Assembly (NCBI GenBank): GCA_047973205.1
Contig: JBKEBO010000065.1
Span: 4,540-68,539, forward strand
Length of the DNA stretch: 64,000 bases
Source of the DNA: Alphaproteobacteria bacterium
Lineage (GTDB): Bacteria; Pseudomonadota; Alphaproteobacteria; JBKEAR01
Reading direction: 5' to 3'
Position 1 is the first letter of the stretch; each line of letters begins with the position of its first letter. Below the pieces are notes generated by a model, which was given only the letters and a program-made list of their open reading frames with translations, was not told the DNA's origin and made no database searches. A program made the translations under genes and the position numbers. This document shows positions 8,865-19,181 of the stretch, one piece after another.

Positions 8865-11486
8865 ATGAGCAAAGAAAATAAGGTCATTTATTTAAAAGAT
8901 TACCAGCCTTTAGACTGGGCCATTCATTCGGTTGATATTTCCTTTGAGTTAGAAGCGAAGCAAACGATTGTTACCTCAAAACTTCATATGATTTTACAAG
9001 GAGATAAAACAAAACCTGTTATCTTACATGGGCAAGATTTAACAACTTTATCTCTTAAAGTGGATAACCAAGATATTGATATTAATAGATTAGAAATTAT
9101 TGAAGATCAGATTAGCCTTGATGCTCCTAATAAAGATAGTTTCATTATTGAAACAAAAGTGATGATTAATCCTAAGGAAAACACAAGACTTTCAGGACTT
9201 TATGCATCAAAAACCATGCTTTGTACTCAATGTGAGGCAGAAGGCTTTCGCCGCATAACTTGGTTTACAGATCGCCCCGATAATTTGGCCATATGGAATG
9301 TAAAACTCATTGCAGATAAAAGCCAATATCCTGTTTTGCTTTCTAACGGAAATCACAAAGAAGCAGGGGAGCTAAAAGACAAAAAACATTATGTGTGCTG
9401 GGCTGACCCTCACCCTAAGCCCTCATACCTCTTTGCCCTAGTTGCAGGCGATTTGGGCCTTTTACATGATGAGTTTACTACGATGGAAGGCAATAAAGTT
9501 GATTTAAATATTTGGGTGCTTAAAGGTAATGAAAAACGAGCCGAATGGTCCATGAAATGCCTTAAAAACGCTATGGCTTGGGATGAAAAAACATATGGAC
9601 GAGCCTATGATTTAGAGCAGTTTAATATTGTTTCTGTTCCTGATTTTAATATGGGAGCAATGGAAAATAAGTCGTTGAATATATTTAATGATGCCCTATT
9701 TTTGGCTGAGCAGTCTTCGGCCACCGATAAAGATTTTGAACGCATAGATACAGTGATTGCCCATGAATATTTTCATAACTGGACGGGCAATCGTATTACT
9801 TGCCGCGATTGGTTTCAGCTCTCACTTAAAGAGGGGTTAACCGTCTATCGTGATCAACAATATACGGCCGAAACCTATACAGCTTCCACGGCTCGTATGG
9901 ATGAAGTTTCGCTTATGCGGAATATTCAATTTAAAGAAGATGCAGGGCCACTTTCTCATCCAGTTCGTCCTGATTCCTTTGTGGATATTAGCAATTTTTA
10001 TACCGTTACCATCTATGATAAAGGGGCTGAGGTTATCCGTATGTTGCATCATCTTTTAGGGGATGAGCAGTATTATAAGGGCATGGCTCTTTACTTTGAA
10101 CGCCATGATGGTCAAGCGGTAACAGTAGAAGATTTTATCAAATCTTTTGAAGATGCGAATGATGTTGATTTATCACAATTTTTCCTTTGGTATACCCAAG
10201 CAGGAACACCAACAGTAGAGATGAAGTATAACTTTGAAAATAAAGATGATTTGGTTGTAGAATTCACTCAAAAGCTTGTTGAGCAAGAGGGTAAGAAACC
10301 TCAGATTATCCCTATAAAATTTGCTGTATTTTGTGAAGAGGATGATAGAATTATTATTGAAGAACAAGTGCTTATTTTAGATGATTGGCAAAAGAGCTTT
10401 GTTTTTAAAGATATTCCTAAAGGTATAGAAGTTATACCTAGTTGGAACCGTGATTTTTCAGCTCCTATTAAAATGGTTGATGAACGAGACACTATTGATT
10501 TCAGTAACTTAGTGAGGCATGATAAAAGTGGATTTAATCGAGCGGATGCTTTTTTCAATCTTGCCGTAGAGGTAATCCTTGATACGGTTTACATGAAGGA
10601 ATCAGAGGCTGGAAATATACGTCCTGATAGCCCTTTATATCGGCTAGGTACGTCTTTTGGTGATTTAGATATTGCATTAAAGTTCGCTTTAACAGATAGG
10701 CAAATAAGCGATGGTGATTTAGCATCTTTGATGGTAATACCAACAGAAAGCTATATTAATCAGCAGCTTGAATTTATGAAGCCTCAGATAGTGCATGAGG
10801 CTCGCAAGGAAGTTATTTGTGGGTTGAGCGATACAGAAGGGCTTAAAGAACGCTTCTTTAAAGCCATTAAAGATGATGATAATCAGCTAACCCCAAGCTC
10901 CATGGCAACCCGCAGATTGATTAATATCTGCTTGAGTTATCTAGCAAAAACAGATGATGCAGATATTTTAGCTTATATGAAAGAGCAGCTTATATCAGGG
11001 CAAAATATGACCCTAAGAGCTGCCGCTTTGAGCTATGCTAGCCTTTACCATAATGAGAGCTTAAAAGATGCTATCGCCCATTTTGAAAAAGAGTTTAGAA
11101 ATGAGCCACTTGTGATGGATAAATATTTTGCAGCCCAAGCGGCAATTGTTACACCTAATGCTGTAGAACATATTGAAAAACTTATGAAACATTCGGCATT
11201 TTCGTTGAAAAATCCTAACCGTCTTCGTGCTGTTTTAGGAACATTTGCCGCAACAATAGCTAATCTTCATGCCTCAGATGGTTCTGGCTATAAGCTTATG
11301 GAAAAATATTTGAAGCAACTTGATTGTTTAAATCCTGAAATAGCATCACGGATGGCTCAACCTTTAGCTGTGGTGCATTTGTTTGAGGGCGAGCAAAAAG
11401 AGATGCTCATCCAAAGCCTAAAAAGCATAAAAAGTGATGCTCAATCGAAGACCCTTATTGAGACCCTTGATAGGGCATTAGCTTAG
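8865..11486 (+). CDS. pepN: Aminopeptidase N (M1 family)
   Basis: HEYFHNWTGNRIT...E zinc HExxH motif and a GAMEN-type motif (MGAMENKS). The track ORF begins at a TTG at 8838. The ATG at 8865 has GGAG 7 nt upstream. Confidence 0.9.
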   Translation: MSKENKVIYLKDYQPLDWAIHSVDISFELEAKQTIVTSKLHMILQGDKTKPVILHGQDLTTLSLKVDNQDIDINRLEIIEDQISLDAPNKDSFIIETKVMINPKENTRLSGLYASKTMLCTQCEAEGFRRITWFTDRPDNLAIWNVKLIADKSQYPVLLSNGNHKEAGELKDKKHYVCWADPHPKPSYLFALVAGDLGLLHDEFTTMEGNKVDLNIWVLKGNEKRAEWSMKCLKNAMAWDEKTYGRAYDLEQFNIVSVPDFNMGAMENKSLNIFNDALFLAEQSSATDKDFERIDTVIAHEYFHNWTGNRITCRDWFQLSLKEGLTVYRDQQYTAETYTASTARMDEVSLMRNIQFKEDAGPLSHPVRPDSFVDISNFYTVTIYDKGAEVIRMLHHLLGDEQYYKGMALYFERHDGQAVTVEDFIKSFEDANDVDLSQFFLWYTQAGTPTVEMKYNFENKDDLVVEFTQKLVEQEGKKPQIIPIKFAVFCEEDDRIIIEEQVLILDDWQKSFVFKDIPKGIEVIPSWNRDFSAPIKMVDERDTIDFSNLVRHDKSGFNRADAFFNLAVEVILDTVYMKESEAGNIRPDSPLYRLGTSFGDLDIALKFALTDRQISDGDLASLMVIPTESYINQQLEFMKPQIVHEARKEVICGLSDTEGLKERFFKAIKDDDNQLTPSSMATRRLINICLSYLAKTDDADILAYMKEQLISGQNMTLRAAALSYASLYHNESLKDAIAHFEKEFRNEPLVMDKYFAAQAAIVTPNAVEHIEKLMKHSAFSLKNPNRLRAVLGTFAATIANLHASDGSGYKLMEKYLKQLDCLNPEIASRMAQPLAVVHLFEGEQKEMLIQSLKSIKSDAQSKTLIETLDRALA

Positions 11487-11489
11487 CCA

Positions 11490-11685
11490 AAAATAGCCAA
11501 AAAAATACTATTTTTGTCCATATTTATCCACAAATAAGCAGATTTTGGCAAGATTCATCCAAAAAAATCCAGAGGGGCTTTGTGTTGAAAACAGGAAGTT
11601 TGGTTACAAAGGGCAACAATTAAAGGACTAAAAATGGATATTTATGGACAAAATTTGCCAAAAATGGGCAAAATTTGGCAGATAA
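11490..11685. repeat. Copy A of a ~190-bp dispersed intergenic repeat
   Basis: Imperfect inverted repeats TTTTTGTCCATATTTATCCA (11507-11533) and TGGATATTTATGGACAAAA (11631-11655). It shares CCAAAAAAATCC, AAAAATGGATATTTAT and TTGCCAAAAT/AAATTTGGCA words with the element at 25325-25513. Confidence 0.6.
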
Positions 11686-11717
11686 AAAGCGTGGTAAAAT
11701 ACATACCACGCCTTTTT
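11682..11717. terminator. Bidirectional Rho-independent terminator
   Basis: gcgtggt-aaaatacat-accacgc stem-loop flanked by an A-run upstream and a CTTTTTG T-run downstream. It lies between the convergent pepN and BMP-lipoprotein gene ends. Confidence 0.55.
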
Positions 11718-11742
11718 GTATAAGGGATAGATCTATATCCAC

Positions 11743-12819
11743 TTAGTCTGGATATTTGGCATCAATACCTTCAATATAGTAGTTCATGCCAAGCAAATCT
11801 TCATCGCTTAAAGCTTTGCCTTCTTCGGCAACAACTTCACCAGCCTGATTTTTAAGAGGGCCTGCAAAGATATTAAAACTACCATCAGAAATGGCTTTGA
11901 TTGCGGCGTTAGCCTCGGCTTGAACTTCGGCAGGAATAGCATCGTTGAACTTAGCCATAGCCACCATGCCTGTGTTAAATCCACCCCAAACATCACCTGT
12001 CTTCCAAGTACCATTCATGGCCTCTTCCACACGTTTAAGATAGTAAGGAGCCCAGTCATCAACCACAGATGATAATTGTGCTTTAGGGCCAAATTTAATC
12101 ATATCTGTTGCTTGACCAAAAGCATAAAGGCCACGCTCTTCGGCTAGCTGCATTGGTGCAGTACTATCAGTATGTTGCACTAAAATATCAGAGCCCTTAT
12201 CGGCTAAAGTACGGGCAGCTTCGCCTTCCTTAGCAGGGTCGTACCAGCTATTCACCCAGATGATATTAATGTGAGCATCAGGGTTTGTTTTTTGGAGACC
12301 AAGCTTAAAAGCGTTAATACCACGAATAACCTCAGGAATAGGGAAAGAAGCAATATAGCCAATCTCGTTGCTCTTTGTCATATGACCCGCAATAAGGCCT
12401 GAGATATAACGGGCTTCGTAAAAGCGAGATGAATAAGTTGCCATATTTTTATCGCGTTTATAGCCTGTTGCATGTTCGAATTTAATGTTAGGGAATTTTT
12501 TGGCCACCTTAACTGTTGGGTTCATATAGCTAAAGCTTGTTGATACAATCATATCAGCACCCTCACGGGCAAGTTTGCTTAAAATCTGTTCACTTTCAGG
12601 ACCTTCTGGAACAGATTCCACATTAACGATTTCAACTTTATCGCCATATTTTTCTTTAACGGCATTCAGCCCTTGAGCATGTTGGTACGAATAACCAAAA
12701 TCGCCAATAGGGCCAGGATAGATAACGCCAATTTTAAAAGGCTTATCAGCGGCAGTAGATGTAAGAGCTGCAACGCTAAGAGCTGCAATAGTCATGAGTG
12801 AAGAAAGTAGCTTTTTCAT
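11743..12819 (-). CDS. BMP family (Med/PnrA-like) ABC transporter substrate-binding protein
   Basis: Signal peptide plus KIGVIYPGPIGDFGYSYQH, typical of basic membrane protein (nucleoside/purine) binding proteins. Confidence 0.85.
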   Translation of the reverse strand: MKKLLSSLMTIAALSVAALTSTAADKPFKIGVIYPGPIGDFGYSYQHAQGLNAVKEKYGDKVEIVNVESVPEGPESEQILSKLAREGADMIVSTSFSYMNPTVKVAKKFPNIKFEHATGYKRDKNMATYSSRFYEARYISGLIAGHMTKSNEIGYIASFPIPEVIRGINAFKLGLQKTNPDAHINIIWVNSWYDPAKEGEAARTLADKGSDILVQHTDSTAPMQLAEERGLYAFGQATDMIKFGPKAQLSSVVDDWAPYYLKRVEEAMNGTWKTGDVWGGFNTGMVAMAKFNDAIPAEVQAEANAAIKAISDGSFNIFAGPLKNQAGEVVAEEGKALSDEDLLGMNYYIEGIDAKYPD

Positions 12820-12873
12820 ATTTGTCTTTCCTTTTTTAGTTGAGTAGAAACATAATAAAATTGCTCATTTAAC

Positions 12874-13773
12874 CTAACGTGAAGCATGGAAGTTTTTCCC
12901 CAAGCAGGCTGGCGTGTTAATGCGAACCGCCATTTTATTATGTGAGATTAACACAAGAACAACAATTGTTGCAATATATGGAATCGCTTGTAAGGTATAG
13001 CTATTGATATAATGGCTTAAAAAATCAGGGATTTGGTCTTGCATTCTAAGTTGCAATATATCTAAGCCACCAAAGAGCAATGCTCCCCAAAATACACGCG
13101 ATACTCGCCATGTGGAAAATACCACAAGGGCGAGGGCAATCCAGCCTCTTCCTGAGGTGATATCACCATCGGACCATGCATGAGAAGAGACTAAAACAAA
13201 AGAACTACCTGCAAGGCCAGCCATAGCGGCTCCGAACCAGATAGCCAATAGACGAATTTTTATAACAGGCCAACCTAAAGAGTGAGCACTATGATGATTT
13301 TCGCCCACAGCACGAAGAACAAGCCCATAGCGGGTTTTGTTTAAGAATATCCCTGTAATAACCAGTAAAATAAAGGTAATAATGGTTAGGCTATTGATGC
13401 TATAATTTCCCCATAAAGGTATAGCATAAGAAGCAGGAACAGCCTTACCCACATAGGCTTTGCCTAAAAGAGCAGCTAAGCCTGAGCCAAAAAATGTAAG
13501 AGCCAAGCCAGAAGCCACTTGATTGGCTTGTAAAACCAAAACGACAAAGGCAAAGACGGAGGCGATAAGCATAGCTCCGAGCATGGAGGCAAGCATTGCC
13601 AATGGCCAAGAGCCTGTACTTACACCCACAATAGCAGCACAGACAGCCCCAAAGAGCATCATGCCCGAAACCCCTAAGTTAAGTACACCAGAACGCTCGC
13701 AAATAAGTTCACCTAAAGCCGCAAGAATATAAGGAGTTATGGTAATAAGAAGGGTAAAAATAAAGGCCCACAT
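12874..13773 (-). CDS. ABC transporter permease (BMP/nucleoside transporter type)
   Basis: Polytopic membrane protein adjacent to the BMP SBP and a second permease. Confidence 0.8.
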   Translation of the reverse strand: MWAFIFTLLITITPYILAALGELICERSGVLNLGVSGMMLFGAVCAAIVGVSTGSWPLAMLASMLGAMLIASVFAFVVLVLQANQVASGLALTFFGSGLAALLGKAYVGKAVPASYAIPLWGNYSINSLTIITFILLVITGIFLNKTRYGLVLRAVGENHHSAHSLGWPVIKIRLLAIWFGAAMAGLAGSSFVLVSSHAWSDGDITSGRGWIALALVVFSTWRVSRVFWGALLFGGLDILQLRMQDQIPDFLSHYINSYTLQAIPYIATIVVLVLISHNKMAVRINTPACLGKNFHASR

Positions 13774-13775
13774 GA

Positions 13776-14861
13776 TTATTTTTCCTCCTTTATTTTAGGT
13801 GATTTATTAAGGCGAAAGCGATAACGAATAAAGACATCACAAGCCAAGATTAAAAACAGAACACCACCTTGAAAAACCTCAGCAACAGCTTTTGGGAGGC
13901 TAAGGTCAGTTTGTAAATTGACACCACCCACATAAGTTAATGCCATAAAAAAGGCGGCAAATATCATACTTAAAGGATGCAGCCTTCCTAAAAAAGCAAC
14001 AATGATTGCCGTAAAGCCGTAATTTTGAACAGGGCCAGATATGGTTAATTGCCCTAGAGGTCCTGCAGCTTCAAAAGCTCCTGCAAGCCCTACACAAAAG
14101 CCTGCAAATAAAAAGCTGAACCAAATAATGCGGCGTTCCGAAAATCCTGCATAGCCTGCTGCAGGAGGGGTTAAGCCAACCACTTTAATCTGAAAACCGA
14201 TAAAACTACGTGTGAGTAAAAAGTAGATAAAACCTGCAAGTAATAAGGCAATAGGAATAGAGATATTTAACTGTAAGCTATTGTTTAAAATAGGGAGTGA
14301 AACAAACTCACCAAACCATCGAGATTCGGCAAAACCCGCGCCATCAGGGTCTTTATAAGGACCATTGACCAAATAGGCTAAAAAGGGTTTAGAAACATAA
14401 ACCAACATAAGGCTTACCAAAATTTCGTTGGTATTAAAATGGATTTTTAAGAGAGCAGGAATAGCCGCCCAAGCCATAGCAGCGATAACTCCAGCAATAA
14501 CCATTAAAGGTAATGTATACCAATGGCTTTGGCCATAAAGCAGCAAGGCAACAGAAGATGATGCAATCACGGCCATAATAAATTGCCCCTCTGCACCAAT
14601 ATTCCATATATTGGCTCTAAAGCCAATGGAAAGCCCCAAGGCGATAAGCAGAAGAGGGGAGGCTTTGAGCAAAATATCACCAATGCTATAAACATTGGTA
14701 AAAGGCTTAATAAAAAAGGAATATAGGCCTTCTATGGGATTAACATGAAGAGCATAAAAAGCAATGCCACCTAAAAATATGGTTAAAAAAAGTGCTAAAA
14801 TCGGAGCAAAGCTTGTCCAAAATCGTGAGGCATTTGAGCGAGGAACTAATTGTAAAATCAT
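13776..14861 (-). CDS. ABC transporter permease
   Basis: Polytopic membrane protein with starts and stops abutting neighbouring genes in the operon. Confidence 0.8.
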   Translation of the reverse strand: MILQLVPRSNASRFWTSFAPILALFLTIFLGGIAFYALHVNPIEGLYSFFIKPFTNVYSIGDILLKASPLLLIALGLSIGFRANIWNIGAEGQFIMAVIASSSVALLLYGQSHWYTLPLMVIAGVIAAMAWAAIPALLKIHFNTNEILVSLMLVYVSKPFLAYLVNGPYKDPDGAGFAESRWFGEFVSLPILNNSLQLNISIPIALLLAGFIYFLLTRSFIGFQIKVVGLTPPAAGYAGFSERRIIWFSFLFAGFCVGLAGAFEAAGPLGQLTISGPVQNYGFTAIIVAFLGRLHPLSMIFAAFFMALTYVGGVNLQTDLSLPKAVAEVFQGGVLFLILACDVFIRYRFRLNKSPKIKEEK

Positions 14862-16435
14862 TATGATTGTTCCTCTTCGGCTAGGCTTTCTTGCGGATTT
14901 TCTTCAATAACACCACTCATAAGAACACCAATGGCATTGGGATTAATCTGTCGGGTCTCCTTAAGTACAGAAAGTGAGCCTTCGAACAATACACCAATTT
15001 TATCGGATATAGCAAAAAGCTCGTGAAGGTCTTGAGATAGAATTAAAATGGCACTTCCTTGATTACGCAATTGAATAAGAGCTTGATGAATAGCTGCTTG
15101 TGAGGCTCTATCCACACCCCAAGTGGGTTGTGCGGCAACCAAAACTTTTGGATTTTGCATAATCTCACGGCCAATAATAAACTTTTGGAGGTTACCACCC
15201 GATAAGCTTTGGGCTTCACTAAAGCGATCCTTTGTTTTGACATTAAACATTTTAATCACTTTTTGGGCATAGGCTTGAATACGCTTACGCCGCAATAGCC
15301 CATGCTTGGTAAGATTACGGCGAGCATAACCCGAAAGTAGGCTATTATCGTTTAAAGACATACTCGGAACAGTCCCATGACCAAGCCTATCCTCAGGGAC
15401 ATAGGCAAAGCCTAAGTTGCGTCGTCTTTTAGGGCCAATATTGCCCACAGATTGCCCCATAATCCGAATAGCATTTTTATCGGCATTTAGATATTCGCCC
15501 GATATAGAAGCTAATAACTCTTGCTGGCCATTGCCCGATATACCTGCAATCCCAACAATTTCACCTGCTTTAACATCAAGGTCAATATGTTTGAGGTTTG
15601 TTCCAAAAGGTAGGGGGCTATCAAGGTGTAAATTCTTAATCTGAAGTAGGGTTTCGTGGTGACCTGTATCGGCTTGAGGCTTGAGTTCTGTATCAAAGTC
15701 ATTACCCACCATAAGCCGAGCTAGGCTCTCATTGCTTTCATTTTGAGGAACAACTTCGGTAATATATTTGCCTGCACGTAAAATTGTGGCTTTATGGCAA
15801 ATTTCTCTAATTTCATCAAGCTTATGGCTGATATATAAAATGGCACAACCCTCATCGGCAAGTTGCTTGAGTGTGGCAAAAAGCTCGCCTGTTTCGGCCT
15901 GAGAAAGCACGGCAGTTGGCTCATCCATAATCAAGAGCTTAGGATTTTGTAACAAGCAACGCACAATCTCTACACGTTGCTTATGGCATGTTGAGAGCGT
16001 ATAAACAACCGCATCAGCTTTTAGGGGAAGCCCGTATTTAGCTGAGACTTCTTCAATGCGAGCAGAAAGTTCTTTAATGTCGTGCTTTTCATCGATAGCA
16101 AGAGAGATATTTTCGGCAACGCTGAGCGAATCGAATAAGGAAAAATGCTGAAATACCATACCAATACCCATTTTACGGGCTTGGGAGGGCGAGGATATGC
16201 TTACAGCTTTACCGTCCATATATATCTGGCCTTCATCGGGCGATAATATGCCATATATCATTTTAACAAGGGTGGATTTTCCTGCACCATTTTCCCCTAA
16301 AAGAGCATGGATTTCTCCTGCATATACCGATAGATGAATATCCTCATTAGCATAAGTCCCACCAAAGGATTTACTAATAGCGGAAAGTCTTAGTAAGGGG
16401 GTTGGCTCATTTTGTGGATTTTGGTCGATTGTCAT
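14861..16435 (-). CDS. ABC transporter ATP-binding protein with two fused NBDs
   Basis: Two Walker A motifs (GENGAGKST and GISGNGQ), LSGGNLQK signatures, 524 aa. Confidence 0.85.
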   Translation of the reverse strand: MTIDQNPQNEPTPLLRLSAISKSFGGTYANEDIHLSVYAGEIHALLGENGAGKSTLVKMIYGILSPDEGQIYMDGKAVSISSPSQARKMGIGMVFQHFSLFDSLSVAENISLAIDEKHDIKELSARIEEVSAKYGLPLKADAVVYTLSTCHKQRVEIVRCLLQNPKLLIMDEPTAVLSQAETGELFATLKQLADEGCAILYISHKLDEIREICHKATILRAGKYITEVVPQNESNESLARLMVGNDFDTELKPQADTGHHETLLQIKNLHLDSPLPFGTNLKHIDLDVKAGEIVGIAGISGNGQQELLASISGEYLNADKNAIRIMGQSVGNIGPKRRRNLGFAYVPEDRLGHGTVPSMSLNDNSLLSGYARRNLTKHGLLRRKRIQAYAQKVIKMFNVKTKDRFSEAQSLSGGNLQKFIIGREIMQNPKVLVAAQPTWGVDRASQAAIHQALIQLRNQGSAILILSQDLHELFAISDKIGVLFEGSLSVLKETRQINPNAIGVLMSGVIEENPQESLAEEEQS

Positions 16436-16620
16436 GACTATTTTTAGCCCTAACTCTTTATAAAACGCTCTTAAAATTCTTATGTTACAAAATCATTTTT
16501 TTGTTGTAACTTTATCTTGGCTTATACCTTAAAATGACTTTTTTTACTAGTTAAATATTTATTAAAATGTAAATAAGGTTTAGAGTTCAGTGGATAAGTG
16601 GTAGATATGGAGATGGATTT

Positions 16621-17115
16621 TTGAGTATACTAAGTAAGATTATATTAATCGGTTTTTCTCTTTTTATACTTGCTGCAAAAGCTGATTTTTCTCAAGATGA
16701 GATTAATCATCTGACTCAAGGTTATGAGAATCAATTCTCACAATATTCTCAAGACTATCTTAATGATACTCCTTATAAGTTTGAGCTATTACGAGCAGGG
16801 CAGCTATGGTATTTTTGTCAAAAGAAACATGAGCAGTTCCTTTATATGGATATATCACTTGAAGCGGCTTTAAAGATTATAAAAACTTGCCATAATTTTG
16901 CAAATAATACTGTTAATGATATGATAAAAGAAATCAAGCAGACCAAAACAGTAACCCCTAAAAAAAGAGATGAAGCTATAGAAATTTTAAATAAAATGAA
17001 AATAAGTAAAAGCCAAGAAAACAAAAACATAACAAAAGAAGAGTATAGACAAATATTACTAAATACCCCAAACTTAAATGATTTTTTTAATTTTATAAAT
17101 AAGGAAAATAAATGA
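16621..17115 (+). CDS. Hypothetical secreted protein, Lys/Asn-rich
   Basis: TTG start with GGAG upstream and signal peptide MSILSKIILIGFSLFILAAKA. The coding DNA is strikingly AT-rich. The stop overlaps the start of the next gene (ATGA). Confidence 0.55.
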   Translation: MSILSKIILIGFSLFILAAKADFSQDEINHLTQGYENQFSQYSQDYLNDTPYKFELLRAGQLWYFCQKKHEQFLYMDISLEAALKIIKTCHNFANNTVNDMIKEIKQTKTVTPKKRDEAIEILNKMKISKSQENKNITKEEYRQILLNTPNLNDFFNFINKENK

Positions 17116-19181
17116 CCATATATCCTTCTGTTTGCCCTTTAGATTGCCCTGCAGCCTGCAGCTTAGATATTCGCCTTGATGACGGCGGTAAGGTGAAGTC
17201 TATCTCTGGAAATAAGGAGCATCCTTTTACAAAAGGGGTGATATGCAAAAAGGTTAAAAATTTTGATAGCCGCCTCGATAGCCCTTATCGTTTAACCAAG
17301 CCATTAAAACGTGTTGGAGCTAAAGGAATAGGAGCTGGTGGGGGTAATCATTTTGTTGAGATTTCTCTTGATGAAGCTCTTGATATTCTTAGCCAAAGAT
17401 TTAAAGAAACAATAGAGCAATATGGAGCAGAATCTATTTGGCCTTTTTATTATGCAGGAACAATGGGATGGTGCCAAAGAGACGGTATTAATCGCCTTAA
17501 TCATCGCTTTGGCTTTAGCCAAATGAAGGGAACATATTGCATTAGTGTGGGTAATGCAGGCTTTAAAGCAGGGGTTGGGGCTGCTTTAGGGGTTGACCCT
17601 TTGGAATGTTTTGATGCCAAGCAAATCATTATATGGGGGCAAAATACTCAAGTAACGCAGCTTCCTTTAATGGCTCATTTTTTAAAAGCAAGAGCTGAAA
17701 ATAATAGCAAAATCATTGTGATAGATGTTTACGAAACTCCAACGATGAAGCTCGCTGATAAAGGTTATATCATCAAGCCTGGCTCAGATGGAGCTTTAGC
17801 CATGGGCATGATGAATATTATTTTAGAGCAGGGGCTTCATGATATTGAATATCTTAAAAAATATTCGGATTTTGAACAGATAAATCCTAAAATATTTCAA
17901 GAATGGACATTGGCAAAAACAGCCAATGCAACAGGGTTGAGCAAGCAAGATATTATGGAACTCACTCTAAATTATGCAAATGAACCTCAAAGCCTTTTAC
18001 GGCTAGGCTATGGGCTAACACGCAGGCGAGGTGGAGCTGTAAATTTGCATGCCATAAGTTGCCTACCTGTTATGTTAGGCCATTATAAACATAAAGGAGG
18101 CGGAGCGTTATGGTCGCTTTCGGGGCATTTTAGCCATTTGGATAAGTCAGAATTTTCGGGCTCAAGCTTGGGGGATACAGGGCGTGTTTTAGACCAATCG
18201 GCTATTGGTAAGATTTTAGCAGGTGATAAAAAGGCTCTTAAAAATGGTGGTGAAGTTAAGGCCATGCTCATTCAAAATACTAATCCTGTGAATGTTGCGG
18301 CTCATACAGAACTTGTTCGTAAAGGCTTGCTGCGTGAAGATTTATTCACTTGTGTTCATGAATTATTTATGACAGATACCGCAAAATATGCCGATTTAAT
18401 TATTCCTGCAACAGGCTTTATTGAACATGATGATATTTATAGTCAAGGAGGCTGGCATTGGCTACATATTGCTCCTAAAATCCGTGATGGCTTAGGTGAT
18501 AGTATTGAAAATCATGAGCTTGTTAATCACTTGGCTCGTAGTCTTGGGGCAAATGATGAGAGCTTTCAACGCTCAGCAAAAGAGCAAATTCAAACTTTCT
18601 TAAGCCGAAATAATTTAGGTGATTTTGATGATATTGTAAAAAAACGAGGTATTGATTTTGCCTTAAGTTTTGACGATGCTCATTTTTTAAATGGCTATCC
18701 TACAGGTGATAAAAAGTTTCACTTTGCTCCTAATTGGCAACAACAAGGTGATAGTTATCAAGAACTTAAAGCCCAACCTGATGCTCCGCTTAATCATAGC
18801 GATATACAAAAAGAGCCATTTGGGCTGATTATTCCTCCAAGAGAAGAGTTCTTAAATTCGACATTTTCCGAAAATTATCAAAACCTTAAAAAAGGCAAAC
18901 TTCAGCCCATTGCAATGCTCTCACGGCAAACATTAAGCAAAAAAGAAAGTGAGCTTACCCAAGGGCTGATTGTTCTTTCTAATCATCAAGGCAAGGTGGA
19001 GCTTCCCTTTGAGCTTAACGATAAGATTGCAGAAGACTTGATTGTTATTGAAGGGATTTTTCCGAGGTCAGCCTATAAAAAAGGTTATCCTAACGATTTA
19101 ATGTATGATGCTTCGGCACTACCAAATGATGGTTTATGTGTTCATGATATTGCAGTAGATTTTTTAATAAAGCCGTTATAA
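17112..19181 (+). CDS. Molybdopterin (Mo-bisPGD) family oxidoreductase catalytic subunit
   Basis: N-terminal Fe-S Cys cluster CPLDCPAAC...HPFTKGVICKK. Also IIIWGQNTQVTQLP and KIIVIDVYETPTMKLADKGYIIKPGSDGAL, typical of NapA/NasA/Fdh-like enzymes. There is no Tat signal, so it is predicted cytoplasmic. Confidence 0.8.
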   Translation: MTIYPSVCPLDCPAACSLDIRLDDGGKVKSISGNKEHPFTKGVICKKVKNFDSRLDSPYRLTKPLKRVGAKGIGAGGGNHFVEISLDEALDILSQRFKETIEQYGAESIWPFYYAGTMGWCQRDGINRLNHRFGFSQMKGTYCISVGNAGFKAGVGAALGVDPLECFDAKQIIIWGQNTQVTQLPLMAHFLKARAENNSKIIVIDVYETPTMKLADKGYIIKPGSDGALAMGMMNIILEQGLHDIEYLKKYSDFEQINPKIFQEWTLAKTANATGLSKQDIMELTLNYANEPQSLLRLGYGLTRRRGGAVNLHAISCLPVMLGHYKHKGGGALWSLSGHFSHLDKSEFSGSSLGDTGRVLDQSAIGKILAGDKKALKNGGEVKAMLIQNTNPVNVAAHTELVRKGLLREDLFTCVHELFMTDTAKYADLIIPATGFIEHDDIYSQGGWHWLHIAPKIRDGLGDSIENHELVNHLARSLGANDESFQRSAKEQIQTFLSRNNLGDFDDIVKKRGIDFALSFDDAHFLNGYPTGDKKFHFAPNWQQQGDSYQELKAQPDAPLNHSDIQKEPFGLIIPPREEFLNSTFSENYQNLKKGKLQPIAMLSRQTLSKKESELTQGLIVLSNHQGKVELPFELNDKIAEDLIVIEGIFPRSAYKKGYPNDLMYDASALPNDGLCVHDIAVDFLIKPL

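Noticed and set aside
11524-11532. Perfect DnaA box TTATCCACA, plus TTATCCAT variants at 25.3 kb, as a possible chromosomal origin, with hdaA also in the window
   Set aside because: A single perfect 9-mer is expected by chance about 0.5 times in 64 kb on two strands. The boxes are part of a dispersed repeat found at three loci. There is no dnaA, dnaN, hemE or parAB context and no AT-rich DUE arrangement. I reported it only as part of the repeat.
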